Positions 19,329 to 29,535 of a DNA stretch of 64,000 nucleotides are shown in pieces. The first letter of the stretch is position 1, and each line of letters opens with the position of its first letter. Both the position numbers and the translations under genes were made by a program. Location: NCBI GenBank assembly GCA_041690135.1, contig JAWLHY010000015.1, positions 143,820 to 207,819 of the forward strand, written 5' to 3'. The notes under the pieces were generated by a model. It searched no databases and was not told the DNA's origin. It saw nothing but the letters and a program-made list of their open reading frames with translations. The stretch comes from Armatimonadota bacterium (GTDB lineage: Bacteria > Armatimonadota > SYMT01).

Positions 19329-19700
19329 CTAGCGGGCGATCAGCTTCGGGCGGATGACTTTCCCCCGCTGCACCTCGATCTCCAGGTCCGCGGGCGGCTT
19401 GAGATCGGTGATCCAGGGTCCGATGGTGGGCACATGGAGCTTGTAGCGTCCCGGCTCGACGTTGTCGATGTCGAACCGACCGCGCCGCATCCGATAGGTC
19501 TCGTGGTAGGTCATTCTCTTGCCAGCCAACGTGGAGAGAACGACGATCCCGTCGAGCCCATGCCCCGCGGGGGTGATGAGATAACCATGAATATGCCCGC
19601 CCTTTTTAAATGCGGGTTCCAGTTTGGCCTCGGGCGTGGCCTGTGCGGCACCAACCGCCAGCACCGCCCCCAGCAACACACCTGCTCCCAGGCGTCGCAT
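19329..19700 (-). CDS. Exported hypothetical protein (carboxypeptidase regulatory-like fold)
   Basis: Signal peptide MRRLGAGVLLGAVLAVGAAQA; GRF.IDNV.PG.Y.L motif. Confidence 0.65.
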   Translation of the reverse strand: MRRLGAGVLLGAVLAVGAAQATPEAKLEPAFKKGGHIHGYLITPAGHGLDGIVVLSTLAGKRMTYHETYRMRRGRFDIDNVEPGRYKLHVPTIGPWITDLKPPADLEIEVQRGKVIRPKLIAR

Positions 19701-19810
19701 GTTGTTCCTCCCTCTGCGACCCCTCCCCAATGGGACGCCGCAGCCTTATCCAGAAGCGATTCTGGCAGCGGGCGGCGGCGGATCACTCCACCTTTTGGAG
19801 TATACCGGCC

Positions 19811-20746
19811 ATGAAATGGGCTGAAATCGAGCTAGAAGTGCATCCTTCCTTCACCGAAGCCGCGGAAGCCGTCCTGACGGAGGCCGGCTGCGCGGGCGTG
19901 GTGGTCCACGATCCGAACGCTGTCTCCAGCGATCCGTTTGCTGATTGGATCGTCCGGGACCAGGAGCCGCGGCCGCAACCCGATGCCCCGGCCGCGGTCC
20001 GGGGTTACCTCCCCGTCGACGACCGCCTGGAGGCGGCGCTGGAGGATATCCAGCACCGGCTCACGCTCCTGCGAGAGGCCGATCTCGACGTGAATGAGGA
20101 GATCACCCTGCGCACGGTCGACGATGCCGCCTGGGCCGATGCCTGGAAGACCTACTTCAAGCCCCAGCGCATCGGGCAGCATTTCGTGGTCAAGCCGACC
20201 TGGGAAGCCTGGGAGGGGCAGCCGGAGGACCGGATCATCGAGATCGATCCGGGAATGGCGTTCGGCTCCGGATCGCACCCAACCACGCGACTCTGCCTGA
20301 CGGTGTTGGAAGAAGTGGTACAGCCCGGCCAGCGAATCCTGGACTGGGGGACCGGCAGCGGCATCCTGGCGATCGGCGCCGCCCGGCTGGGCGCCGCCGA
20401 GATCACCGCCGTCGACCTGGACCCGGTAGCGGTGAAAGTTACCCGGGAGAACATCGCGCAGAATAGGCTCGAGGCCGTCATCCAGGCAGCGGAGGGGAGC
20501 ATCGAAGCCGTAGCCGCCGAACCGCCCTACGACCTGGTGATCGCCAATATCGTGGCCGATCCGATCATCGCCGGCGCGCCGGAGATCTACCGCCACCTTC
20601 GCCCCGGCGGCCAGGCGGTCGTGAGCGGCATTATCGACCGGCGTGAGGCGGAGGTCACGGCGGCACTGGAGGCGGCGGGGCTTCGGCTACAGGACGTGGC
20701 CCGGGAAGAGGACTGGAGAGCACTGTTGCTGGAACGGCCTGAATGA
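19811..20746 (+). CDS. prmA: Ribosomal protein L11 methyltransferase
   Basis: W...WK.YF.P, DPGMAFGSGSHPTT, D.GTGSGIL, ANI, SGII. Confidence 0.95.
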   Translation: MKWAEIELEVHPSFTEAAEAVLTEAGCAGVVVHDPNAVSSDPFADWIVRDQEPRPQPDAPAAVRGYLPVDDRLEAALEDIQHRLTLLREADLDVNEEITLRTVDDAAWADAWKTYFKPQRIGQHFVVKPTWEAWEGQPEDRIIEIDPGMAFGSGSHPTTRLCLTVLEEVVQPGQRILDWGTGSGILAIGAARLGAAEITAVDLDPVAVKVTRENIAQNRLEAVIQAAEGSIEAVAAEPPYDLVIANIVADPIIAGAPEIYRHLRPGGQAVVSGIIDRREAEVTAALEAAGLRLQDVAREEDWRALLLERPE

Positions 20747-20859
20747 GAGGATAGGGGTCGGGGCGCTCGGCGGTCGCCTGGTGACACCGGCCTGCAGGGG
20801 GGGTGAGATCAGGGGGACGTAGCCAGCGCTTTTGCGCCGTGTGGCGGAACAGGTTCGGG

Positions 20860-21320
20860 GGCAAGGTCGCAAGGAGATCCTTCACTGCGTTCAGGGTGAC
20901 GGACTCCTTTGGCAGGTTCCGTATGGCAGAGCGGGAGGCCGGGGGCCTGATCGCCAGCCGCCGATGCAATCGGCGAGTCCACACTGAAGCCTACGGCGGT
21001 TGCTGAGTTGGCATGACGGGAGGCGGGAACGGCGGTCGCAAAGAGATCCTTCACTCCGTTCAGGATGACGGACTCCCGGGGCAGGTTCTGTATGGCAGAG
21101 CGGGAGGCCGGGGGCCTGATCGCCAGCCGCCTATGCAATCGGCGACTCCACACAAGGGCCCTACGCGACTGCTGGTCTGGCGCAACGGGAGGCTGGAACG
21201 GCGGTCGCGAGGAGACCCTTCACCGCGCTCAGGGTGACACACCCGCGCCTGGGGCCGGCCTGCAGGACGGGTCCTAGCCCAGGGTCGCGAGGAGACCCTT
21301 CACTCCGTTCAGGATGACGT
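20860..21320. repeat. BIME-like mosaic of palindromic repeats, 169-bp period
   Basis: aga(t/c)ccttcac..cg.tcagg.tgac at 20875, 21044, 21213, 21293; cgccgatgcaatcggcg palindrome at 20959 and variant at ~21128; between convergent genes. Confidence 0.9.
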
Positions 21321-21344
21321 ACCCCGCGCGGTGCGGTCGGCGGA

Positions 21345-22295
21345 TCAGTAATCCATCGCCAGGCAGGCGGCGCCGACAATGCCTACCTCCGGGCCGAGGG
21401 CGGCGGGGACAATCCGGGTGGGTCGCGTCAGGCTGGGCATGCAGCGAGCCGCGACCTGCCGCCGCAACGGTTCGAAGAGGAGATCCGCCGCGCCCGTGGC
21501 GACCCCACCGCCCAGGATCACCACCTCCGGGTCGAGGAGGTTGATGACGTTGGAGATCCCGGCCCCCAGGTAGATGACCGTTTCTCTCCACACGCGCCCA
21601 GCCACGCGGTCGACTTCGCGCAACCGGTCCACGAGCCATTCGGACGTGATCGCATCGGGGTCGGGACAATTGTCGCCACCGGCTTCCGCGTAGGCGAGGC
21701 GAGCGCGGGCCGCAATCCCGCGTCCGGAGGCCAGGGCTTCCAGGCATCCGTAGCCGCCGCAGTCACAGGGAGGTCCCCCAAACGGGACGATGATCTGGTG
21801 GCCGAACTCTCCCGAGGTCCCCCCGGCGCCGCGGTACACCTGGCCGTCCACCACGACCCCGCCGCCGATGCCGGTGCTTATGGTGATGTAAGCCACCACG
21901 GAAGCGCCCACCCCGGCCCCGAACCGCGCCTCCGCCAGGGCACAGGCGTTGGCGTCATTCTCTCCGGCGGCCGGACAACCGAACGTCTCCTCCAGCACCG
22001 GCTGGAGAGACACCTCGAGCAACTCGGGCAGGGTAGGAGCCGCCAGCATCAAGATTCCCTGGGGGTCCGCGGGTCCCGGCAGACCGATCCCCACCCCCGC
22101 CAGCGGCTCTCCCGGATGGCCGCCGGATTCGCTAATGGCACGCTGACCCAAGGCGAGGATGGCGGAAAGCGGATCCCCGCCGGCACGCAGTTCCGCGGTC
22201 GGGGCCCGCAGGTGCGAAAGTACCCGGCCGTCCTCGGTTACCACCCCGGCAGCGACTTTCGTCCCGCCGACATCGATCCCCAGGTAGCGCTTCAT
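21345..22295 (-). CDS. ROK-family glucokinase-like protein
   Basis: GIDVGGTK, ENDANA.ALAE..FGAG, STGIGGG, GEFGH, CDCG..GCLE. Confidence 0.92.
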   Translation of the reverse strand: MKRYLGIDVGGTKVAAGVVTEDGRVLSHLRAPTAELRAGGDPLSAILALGQRAISESGGHPGEPLAGVGIGLPGPADPQGILMLAAPTLPELLEVSLQPVLEETFGCPAAGENDANACALAEARFGAGVGASVVAYITISTGIGGGVVVDGQVYRGAGGTSGEFGHQIIVPFGGPPCDCGGYGCLEALASGRGIAARARLAYAEAGGDNCPDPDAITSEWLVDRLREVDRVAGRVWRETVIYLGAGISNVINLLDPEVVILGGGVATGAADLLFEPLRRQVAARCMPSLTRPTRIVPAALGPEVGIVGAACLAMDY

Positions 22296-23875
22296 GCGTC
22301 GGGGTTCCGCGTGTACACCACCTCCACCTTGCCGGTGAAGGCCAGCTTCCACTTCGGGTGCCGGGCGAGCGCGGACGCCAGAGCACCCGTTTTGCTGGTG
22401 AGAACTACTTCCACCTCCCGGCGGTCCAACGCCTGGTCCCAGCCCGCGGCCACGTTGTGGATCTTCATCTCGTCGTCGAACGCCTTCGTGGGATAGTAAA
22501 CTTCCGCGCGACCATCGATGAACACCGGTCGCTGCGGATAGAGCTCCCAGATCAGGTAGCCACCCCAGACATAGTCGTTGTACAGCTTCCCCGGCCAGTG
22601 ACCCCGCTTCATCAGACGGACAGCCGACTCGGGGAAATAGCCCTGGTGGATGGCGTGGCTGTACCAGCGGTCGGGTGCCACGCGCGGCCAGTAAGCGACG
22701 ATTATGACCGAAGTGAAGACCACCAGGAGAAACGAACCCACAGCTCGGACCGCCGGGACCGCGAAGTATTCCCGCAGCACGTCCAGCGGCTCGGCTTCCT
22801 GCCAGAGGGCAACCAGGCCCGCAGCGAGCAGGGGCGTGGCGGCGATGGCGAACGGCACCGTATTCCGCTGCGAGGTAAGCGCCGCGTGCGCCATCGCTAC
22901 GAGCACCAGCATCTCGCCCAGGCGGCCACGCGCACCGGCGGGCGCCACGGCGGCTACACCGAAGGTCGCGAGCAGCACGACCTCGAACGGGCGCATCACG
23001 GTGTTATGGAAGTTCGGCGACCACCACTCCGAGATGTAGTCCATCACCTGGGGATGGCCCAGCACCTGGAAGGGATAGGTGTAGACCATAAACCCATGGG
23101 GGTTCAGCGCCACAGCCACGGAAGCCGCCGCGACCCCTCCGGCCAGCGGCGCCAGACCGGGCGAAGGGCGCCGGAACCAGGCCTGACCCATGGCCTCTCC
23201 GAGGACCCACAGCCCCACCAATACCAGACCCACGACCACCCCGCCGTGCAGATTGGCCCAGAGGATGAACACGAACGGCAGGGCCCAGGGAAGCCGGGGA
23301 AGCTCGCCCCGGTGATAGAGGTCGAGACAGAGGAGGAGCCCCGCCAGCAGGATGAAGGTCAACATCTGTGGGCGGAGGTCGGCGTAGTTGCGCATCACCA
23401 GCGCCGTGGCGAGCGCCGCGCCGACTCCCAGCGCCGTGCTGCCGCTGCGCATCCGTGCCCGGAGGAGCACCAGTCCACACGCCACGGCCGCCAGGCCGCA
23501 CTTGTAGAAAAGCAGGGCCTCCTTGGGCAGATAGCGGTAGACGAGGTAGAAGAGGACCTCCGTCAGCCACTCGTGGACCATCCACGGCTGGCCCGCCGCC
23601 GTCCAACTGAACACGTCCCGATCGGGGATCCGGCCCTCCCGGACGATCAACTCCCCGGTCTTCAACTGCCACCAGAAGTCCGTCACAGCAATCGGGACGA
23701 GGCAAATGAAGAAGACGGCCACCAACGCCAGGATGCCGGCCAGGAAGAGCATACCGCGGTTCACGTGCTCCACGGGCTTCGTCGCGGTTGACTCCCCTGA
23801 CGCTTCAGTTGGAGGTTGGATAGCTGGGGGAAGAGTGGTGGGCACGAGAAGGGAGTGTCCGGAGGAGTCATTCAA
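22292..23875 (-). CDS. Multi-pass membrane protein, probable GT-C-type glycosyltransferase
   Basis: DFWWQL..G, HEWL, RP, LWANLHGG, I.EW, FIDGR motifs; many TM helices. Confidence 0.7.
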   Translation of the reverse strand: MNDSSGHSLLVPTTLPPAIQPPTEASGESTATKPVEHVNRGMLFLAGILALVAVFFICLVPIAVTDFWWQLKTGELIVREGRIPDRDVFSWTAAGQPWMVHEWLTEVLFYLVYRYLPKEALLFYKCGLAAVACGLVLLRARMRSGSTALGVGAALATALVMRNYADLRPQMLTFILLAGLLLCLDLYHRGELPRLPWALPFVFILWANLHGGVVVGLVLVGLWVLGEAMGQAWFRRPSPGLAPLAGGVAAASVAVALNPHGFMVYTYPFQVLGHPQVMDYISEWWSPNFHNTVMRPFEVVLLATFGVAAVAPAGARGRLGEMLVLVAMAHAALTSQRNTVPFAIAATPLLAAGLVALWQEAEPLDVLREYFAVPAVRAVGSFLLVVFTSVIIVAYWPRVAPDRWYSHAIHQGYFPESAVRLMKRGHWPGKLYNDYVWGGYLIWELYPQRPVFIDGRAEVYYPTKAFDDEMKIHNVAAGWDQALDRREVEVVLTSKTGALASALARHPKWKLAFTGKVEVVYTRNPDA

Positions 23876-23947
23876 AGGCGGCCGCTAACGCTCGGCACCT
23901 TACTTCAGCCTATCTTCCATCCGTTCACCCGGAGGAGTCAAGAACTC

Positions 23948-25045
23948 CTAGGTAGGATCCGTACGGATATAGGCATTGCCGGGGAGCCGGCGGGCCACGC
24001 CTTTCATCTCCAGCAGGAGCAGGGTGGCGCTGACCTGCCCGGCAGGGAGACCGGTCTCCACGATCAGGTCGTCCATGGGGAGAGGCTCGGCGCCCAGCAA
24101 GTTGAACAGGCGGGTCTCTTCGGGTGTGAGGGTGGGTGGGGGCGGCGGCTCCAGGTCGAATGGAAGGGTTTGCTGCCGTGATCCGGTGCAGAACTCCTCA
24201 AGGATGTCGTCCACCGACTCGACCAACTTCGCCCCGTCCCGCAGGAGTGAGTGTGGTCCCCAGTTCCGGGGATTGTCGACGTTGCCGGGCACAGCGAATA
24301 CTTCACGGCCCTGCTCCAGCGCGCATTCGGCCGTGATGAGCGCACCGCTGCCCTTCGGTGACTCCAGCACGACAACCCCCAGCGAGAGCCCACTGATAAT
24401 ACGATTCCGGCTGGGGAAGTGCCACGCGTCGGGTGGGCACATCATCGGGTATTCGGAGAGCAGCGCTCCACTCTCGGAAATCATCTGCGCCAGACGACGG
24501 TTCTCGTAGGGATAGGCGACGTCGACCCCGCAGCCGAGACACGCAAGGGTCCTTCCGCCCACCCGCACCACCGCCTGGTGGGCGGCGGTATCCAGACCCC
24601 GGGCGAGACCGCTCACCACGGTGAAGCCCGCCTCTACCAATCCGCACGCCAACCGGTCTGCAGTCCGCTTGCCGTAGTCGGAGGCCTGGCGACTGCCGAC
24701 GAGCGCAATCGCCCGGTGGTCGGTGTCGGCGAGAGTGCCCCGCACATAGAGCGCCACCGGGGGATCGGGGATCTGCGCGAGGAGGGGAGGATACTCCGGA
24801 GAGATTCTGGGGACGAGGGTGACCTGAAGGGCCTCCATCAGGTCGAGCTCCCGTCGTGTGACCTGGTGGCGCTCATCGAGTAGTTTCTCCGCCACCGCGA
24901 GCGAGCACCGCTCGGCGGCGCTCACTTGTGAGGCGGTAACGCCGAACAGCGCCTCCGGGGAGCCGAAATGGTCGAGAAGGCGGTTCAGGCGGCGGGCCGA
25001 AGCGCCCGTCTTGGTCAGGCGAATCCAGGAGGCGAGTTCGTTCAT
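23948..25045 (-). CDS. dprA: DNA-processing protein DprA
   Basis: YP.LL..I.DPP..LY.RG, VGSR.AS.YG, VSGLARGLD, FP.RNRIISGLS, GREVFAVPG. Confidence 0.96.
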   Translation of the reverse strand: MNELASWIRLTKTGASARRLNRLLDHFGSPEALFGVTASQVSAAERCSLAVAEKLLDERHQVTRRELDLMEALQVTLVPRISPEYPPLLAQIPDPPVALYVRGTLADTDHRAIALVGSRQASDYGKRTADRLACGLVEAGFTVVSGLARGLDTAAHQAVVRVGGRTLACLGCGVDVAYPYENRRLAQMISESGALLSEYPMMCPPDAWHFPSRNRIISGLSLGVVVLESPKGSGALITAECALEQGREVFAVPGNVDNPRNWGPHSLLRDGAKLVESVDDILEEFCTGSRQQTLPFDLEPPPPPTLTPEETRLFNLLGAEPLPMDDLIVETGLPAGQVSATLLLLEMKGVARRLPGNAYIRTDPT

Positions 25046-25234
25046 CGGCGGCGAGTGAGCTGGAGATCAGAGCGCACGGCTGTTCATTTGCCGGCCGAGC
25101 CCTTCATCCCTTCTTCAAGGGAAAGGTGTGCAGGCATCGAGGTAATTGGGGCAATCGGGCATTGGGACGCTCAGGCATTGGGGCGCTCAGGCATTGGGGA
25201 TTGGGGCCTGATGGGAAATAGGCGTTTGAGACGC

Positions 25235-25272
25235 AAAAGAAAAGAGGTCCCCGCTCTGGGGACCTCTTTTCT
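25235..25272. terminator. Bidirectional intrinsic terminator
   Basis: agaaaagaggtcccc-gctct-ggggacctcttttct just after the beta-propeller gene stop. Confidence 0.85.
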
Positions 25273-25299
25273 CCGTAAAGGACCAAGTTTCGGCCGGTT

Positions 25300-27198
25300 C
25301 TACTGGAGGCCGGGAGAGCCGAAGCCACCCTGGCCGCGACCGAAGCCGCCGCGGTTGCCCCGCATGTTGCCATAGCCTCCACGACCGCGGTTCTGGTATT
25401 GGTAGCCGCCGAAGCGCCCGCGGAAGGTGCCGGGGCGACCCTGGGCACCGTACCCGCCAGGACCCGTCATCGCGCCGCCGGGACCGCCGGGACCGCCGGG
25501 GTAAGCACCCGCGCCCTCGGACCCCGGATAGCCACCCGGGCCGCCGGCGCCGCCCTGCGGCTCTTTCTTCTTGGGCACCGCCACCGCGCCGCGCGGCACA
25601 ATATTGCTGTCGACGTTGAAAGTCCACTCCAGGGTGGAGGGGTTCCCCTTCCAGTCCGCCGCGATCAGCGTCAGGCGGTGAGGACCGTTCGCCAGAGGCT
25701 GCTCCGGCTGCCCCTTCTCCGGCTTCTGCGTCACGTAGGTGAGCAACCGCTTCACGGGGTTGTAGATCCAACCCTTCTTCTTGTCCGCGCTGGCCACGCG
25801 CTCGCCGTAGGCCACCGGGCTCGGATCGATCGGGACACCGTCCAGCAGAAGCTCGATGGTGTCGGGGTTGATCCCGGACCCTTCATCCCACAGATAGGCG
25901 GAAACGTAGACGGGCGGGAAGCCGTTGATCAGGGCGCCACGGCGGGGACGGGGCGAAACCACCAACGGGCCTTCGTCGTCGCTGGCTTCGGCCGAGAGGC
26001 AGGTGAGCGACCCGCTATCGTCCACGACGTACAGCTTCTTGTTGTGCGCCGCCATCGGAGCCCGGATCGCGTAAGAGGAGTACAGGGGCTCAATGCCCTT
26101 CGGCGCTTCCATCCGATAACCCCAAAGCAATTTGCCCTGGGTGACGTCGATCCCGTAGAGGAACCCCTTGTCGGTCGTGACGTAAAGCGTATTTCCCGCC
26201 AGGAGCGGAGCCCCCTGCGGGCGGCCATCCACGGAGACCTTCCAGGGCTTGCCTTCCGCGGTCATCGCCTGCTTCCCCGAGTTGGTCACGCAGTGGATGT
26301 TGCCGCTCCGGTCGCCGAAGTACCAGAACTTCTCCGTAATGATCGGCGTGGTGCTGATGTCGTTCTCTACGAACTGCCCCATCGGGAAGGCCCGGTAGCT
26401 CCCGCCACGCAGCCGATACTGGAACATCGACGTACCCGCGGCCAGGTAGATCCGCCCGTTGTAAGCAACCGGCGCGCTATCGCCGCTGGCGGCCGTCGCC
26501 CGAGAGGTCCACATCAAACGACCGGTGTCGGCCTGGAACGCCCACAACTTGAGGTCCTGCGAGTTAATGTAGACGACCCCGTTGTAGTAAACCGGAGAGG
26601 TGGCGGAATCGTCGGACATCGGCATCGGGTTCTTGCCGTCGTTCGACTTCCACAGCAGGCGGCCGTCGCGGGCGTTGATGCAGTAGACGAAGTCGTCGTC
26701 CGACCCGAAGTAGAGGTTATTCCCAACGAGGATAGGAGAAGTGCGGACCGATCCGTCCGTGGGGAAACTCCAGGCTACGGTCCCATCAATCAGGCTGTAA
26801 GCCGTGATGCGACGGTCGGCATCCGGCACGTAGATGAAATCCTGGCCGATGCAGGGAGTGGCGGTGATCGACGGAATGTTGGGATCGTCGTCCGCGCCTT
26901 CCGGCATCCGCCATCGCATCTCGCCGGTTTCCACGTCCAGGCAGTAGATCCGGTTCTTCGAGGGGAAGAAAACCTGATCACCGCTGATCACCGGGCCACC
27001 GAGATTGCCGGGGCGCTTGGCGTACATGTTAGTCGCGTGCTTCCAGAGCACGGCGAGCGGAGCGCCCAACTTCTCTGTCGTGTAGAAATTGTGTTCAGGA
27101 TTCCCGCCGTAGCAGGTCCAGTCGGCCCGCGCCGGCGCGGCCAGGAGTGCGAGCCCTAATGCGGCGAGGCCGAAAGCGCGGAGATGGGTAGCAGCCAT
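25300..27198 (-). CDS. Exported PQQ-like (BamB-type) beta-propeller protein with Gly-rich tail
   Basis: Signal peptide ...PARA-DW..YGGN; repeated LY.LD..TG...W blades; GGPGG/RGG C-terminus. Confidence 0.85.
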   Translation of the reverse strand: MAATHLRAFGLAALGLALLAAPARADWTCYGGNPEHNFYTTEKLGAPLAVLWKHATNMYAKRPGNLGGPVISGDQVFFPSKNRIYCLDVETGEMRWRMPEGADDDPNIPSITATPCIGQDFIYVPDADRRITAYSLIDGTVAWSFPTDGSVRTSPILVGNNLYFGSDDDFVYCINARDGRLLWKSNDGKNPMPMSDDSATSPVYYNGVVYINSQDLKLWAFQADTGRLMWTSRATAASGDSAPVAYNGRIYLAAGTSMFQYRLRGGSYRAFPMGQFVENDISTTPIITEKFWYFGDRSGNIHCVTNSGKQAMTAEGKPWKVSVDGRPQGAPLLAGNTLYVTTDKGFLYGIDVTQGKLLWGYRMEAPKGIEPLYSSYAIRAPMAAHNKKLYVVDDSGSLTCLSAEASDDEGPLVVSPRPRRGALINGFPPVYVSAYLWDEGSGINPDTIELLLDGVPIDPSPVAYGERVASADKKKGWIYNPVKRLLTYVTQKPEKGQPEQPLANGPHRLTLIAADWKGNPSTLEWTFNVDSNIVPRGAVAVPKKKEPQGGAGGPGGYPGSEGAGAYPGGPGGPGGAMTGPGGYGAQGRPGTFRGRFGGYQYQNRGRGGYGNMRGNRGGFGRGQGGFGSPGLQ

Positions 27199-27254
27199 AC
27201 CTAGGTCCTCCAGGTGGGAGCCTCTTCCCGACTCCACCATGTTGGTTACGGAGC

Positions 27255-27560
27255 TCAGTCCGCCGAGAGTGCCCGTCCTGCGGCGGCATAAAGCTGTGCG
27301 CCGCGTCCCGCGATCCAGGACGCGACCAAGCCGGACACAAACAACCTCGCGATTTGCACGCCAAAGGCAATCGCCCACTGGTCGAGCTTTTCTCCGGGCT
27401 TGGGGAGCATTTCACCCAGGCGATAGGTGCCCACAAAGACCACCACCAGGAGAATGATGCCGCCGGTAAACACGGCCAGGCCGATTCCGCGGCCGACCCA
27501 ATCGGGCTGCCGCGAGCGCTCACCTTCCACCACGAAGCATCCTCCGCCGCCTTCGCACAC
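27255..27560 (-). CDS. Small two-TM hypothetical protein
   Basis: Two hydrophobic helices; co-oriented with neighbours. Confidence 0.65.
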   Translation of the reverse strand: MCEGGGGCFVVEGERSRQPDWVGRGIGLAVFTGGIILLVVVFVGTYRLGEMLPKPGEKLDQWAIAFGVQIARLFVSGLVASWIAGRGAQLYAAAGRALSAD

Positions 27561-27709
27561 GACCCGGACGTGTGCGGCCAGCGTTACCCGGCATTATACC
27601 ACGTCGGCAGAACGACCGGGCAACCGGCGGCAGAGTGTGTCCGCTTTCCACTTTCTCTTTGGACTCACCCCGTCCGCCGATAGTTTCCACTGATTGCCCG
27701 CCCCACCCT

Positions 27710-29479
27710 TCAGGGCAGATCTTTCCGCACGTAGACGCGGACCGTGGGCATGTAGTAGCGCCAGTCGTGCGGGGGAATGCCCCTCCGCCACCAGGTGAAC
27801 CCGAGCAGAGCCGGCCGCGGGCGGAACTCCCGCTCGATCCGGTAATCCGCCTCCAACGCCTCCATCAGATCCAGAACGCCGCTCTGGAACGAGGGATCGG
27901 CGTTGCGGACCCGGACGGGATCCTCGTACTCGTAGTCGGTCAACACGACGCGCGCGGGCCGGTGCTCCCGCAGCTTGGCCCCCGGGAGCGCTCCCGCGGG
28001 GGAGGGATGAGAACGAGGCGCCAGCACCTGGTAAGGGCCAGCCGCAAAAAGGTCGGGGCGCGCCACACCTTCTTCCACGGGATCCCACGCCGGGGGACCG
28101 CCGTAGGGAAGTGCCCAGAGCTTCACGCTGCCGGCGGTGGGGTGCACGGGTGGGGTGTAGTACCAGGCATCCGATCCCAGCGCCACCACGTCGTCCGGTC
28201 GGGAAACCGAGCGGAGGTGGGCGGCGGCCTGGTCCCGCGCGTCCGGCGCGGTCAGGACCCCCAGGTGGGCCACGGTGGATGCGCATGCGGCGACGCCGGC
28301 CAGCACACCCAGGCCGGTCCAGAGCCGCGCCCGCGGTGTCGACAGGCCTTCATCCACCATTCGGGCGGCCAACAGCACTAGGACCGGCACCATTGGGGTG
28401 ATGTAGCGGAGGAACTTGCGCTCGGCGGGGAGGAGCAGGAGGAAGAAGGGGAGCAGGAAGAGCAGCAGCAGAAGATCGGCCTTCCCACGCCGGTACATGG
28501 CCCAGGCCAATCCTCCGAGCGCCAGCAGGTAAAGAGGCCACTCCAACGCCACCGGGAAGGAGATCCCCAGGTGGTAAAGGAGCGTTGGGGGGGTCTCCTG
28601 GAAAATCAGGCCCTGCCCCTCGCGATTGCGACCCATTTCGTAGGCCAGGTCGGCGAGAAACCGCGGGGTCTCCAGCACCGCCCCGGGGGTTGCCACCAGA
28701 AATGCCCCGACGCACACGACCATGCATGCGGGAAGGGCCACCAGCGCCGGGCGGCGACCGCCTACCTCTCCGCGAAAGAGCTGCCAGAGCGGTACTGCCA
28801 GGGCGAACGCCGCGGGGAAGGCGTTGTATTTGGTTCCCACCGCCAATCCCGCCGCGGCCGCGCCGGCCAGGAGCCAGCCTACGACCCGCCGGGCTTCCTG
28901 CGCGCGCAGCGCCTGCGCTGCCGCGACCAGGGTGAGGGTGGTGAAGAAGGTCGCGGGAACGTCGACCGTCATGTAATGCCCGAGCATCACCGCCAGCGGA
29001 GCCACAGCCAGGAAGCCGGCGGCCAGCCATCCCGCGCGGGCCGAGTAGAGGGTGCGGCCCAGCGACAGGACGAGACCGACCGTTCCCGCTCCCAGGAGGG
29101 CGGTCACCCAGCGGCTGACCCATAACAGATGGCCGAGATCCGCCACCCACTGCGTGAACGGCCCGGCCTGGGGCACCGCGCCCCACCCGGCGACCGGCGC
29201 GGTGAAGTCGTAGGCCAGGCGAGAGAGGAGGATGTAGAGCGTGCCGTAGTTGTAGAAAGTGGGGGTGAAGTCCAGCCAGAGCGGGTTGACCTGCCCCAGC
29301 ACGAACAGCAACACCGCTTCATCCGGATGATAGGGGTAGTAGCGGCCCGCGTGGGGAAGCCCCCAGCCGATTCCCCAGGTACGGAGCAGGAGCGCCGCCA
29401 TCAACAGAAGCAGCACGCAGACCGGGTAAAGCCACCGCCGGCGGGGATGTTTGGGGAGGTTCTCGGTTTCGCCAGTCAA
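27710..29479 (-). CDS. Glycosyltransferase family 39 (PMT/ArnT-like) membrane protein
   Basis: GLP...HPDE, FYNYG.L, HY.TVD, GTKYN, RY..P; start uncertain (TTG 29479). Confidence 0.82.
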   Translation of the reverse strand: MTGETENLPKHPRRRWLYPVCVLLLLMAALLLRTWGIGWGLPHAGRYYPYHPDEAVLLFVLGQVNPLWLDFTPTFYNYGTLYILLSRLAYDFTAPVAGWGAVPQAGPFTQWVADLGHLLWVSRWVTALLGAGTVGLVLSLGRTLYSARAGWLAAGFLAVAPLAVMLGHYMTVDVPATFFTTLTLVAAAQALRAQEARRVVGWLLAGAAAAGLAVGTKYNAFPAAFALAVPLWQLFRGEVGGRRPALVALPACMVVCVGAFLVATPGAVLETPRFLADLAYEMGRNREGQGLIFQETPPTLLYHLGISFPVALEWPLYLLALGGLAWAMYRRGKADLLLLLFLLPFFLLLLPAERKFLRYITPMVPVLVLLAARMVDEGLSTPRARLWTGLGVLAGVAACASTVAHLGVLTAPDARDQAAAHLRSVSRPDDVVALGSDAWYYTPPVHPTAGSVKLWALPYGGPPAWDPVEEGVARPDLFAAGPYQVLAPRSHPSPAGALPGAKLREHRPARVVLTDYEYEDPVRVRNADPSFQSGVLDLMEALEADYRIEREFRPRPALLGFTWWRRGIPPHDWRYYMPTVRVYVRKDLP

Positions 29480-29535
29480 CGCACACCCTGCTCCGCAGTG
29501 CGGCCCACTTCGGCCGGCGGACTTTCCGCGGAGGG

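Noticed and set aside
20860-21320. CRISPR array
   Set aside because: Period is 169 bp, intervening sequences are homologous rather than unique, and no cas genes are present
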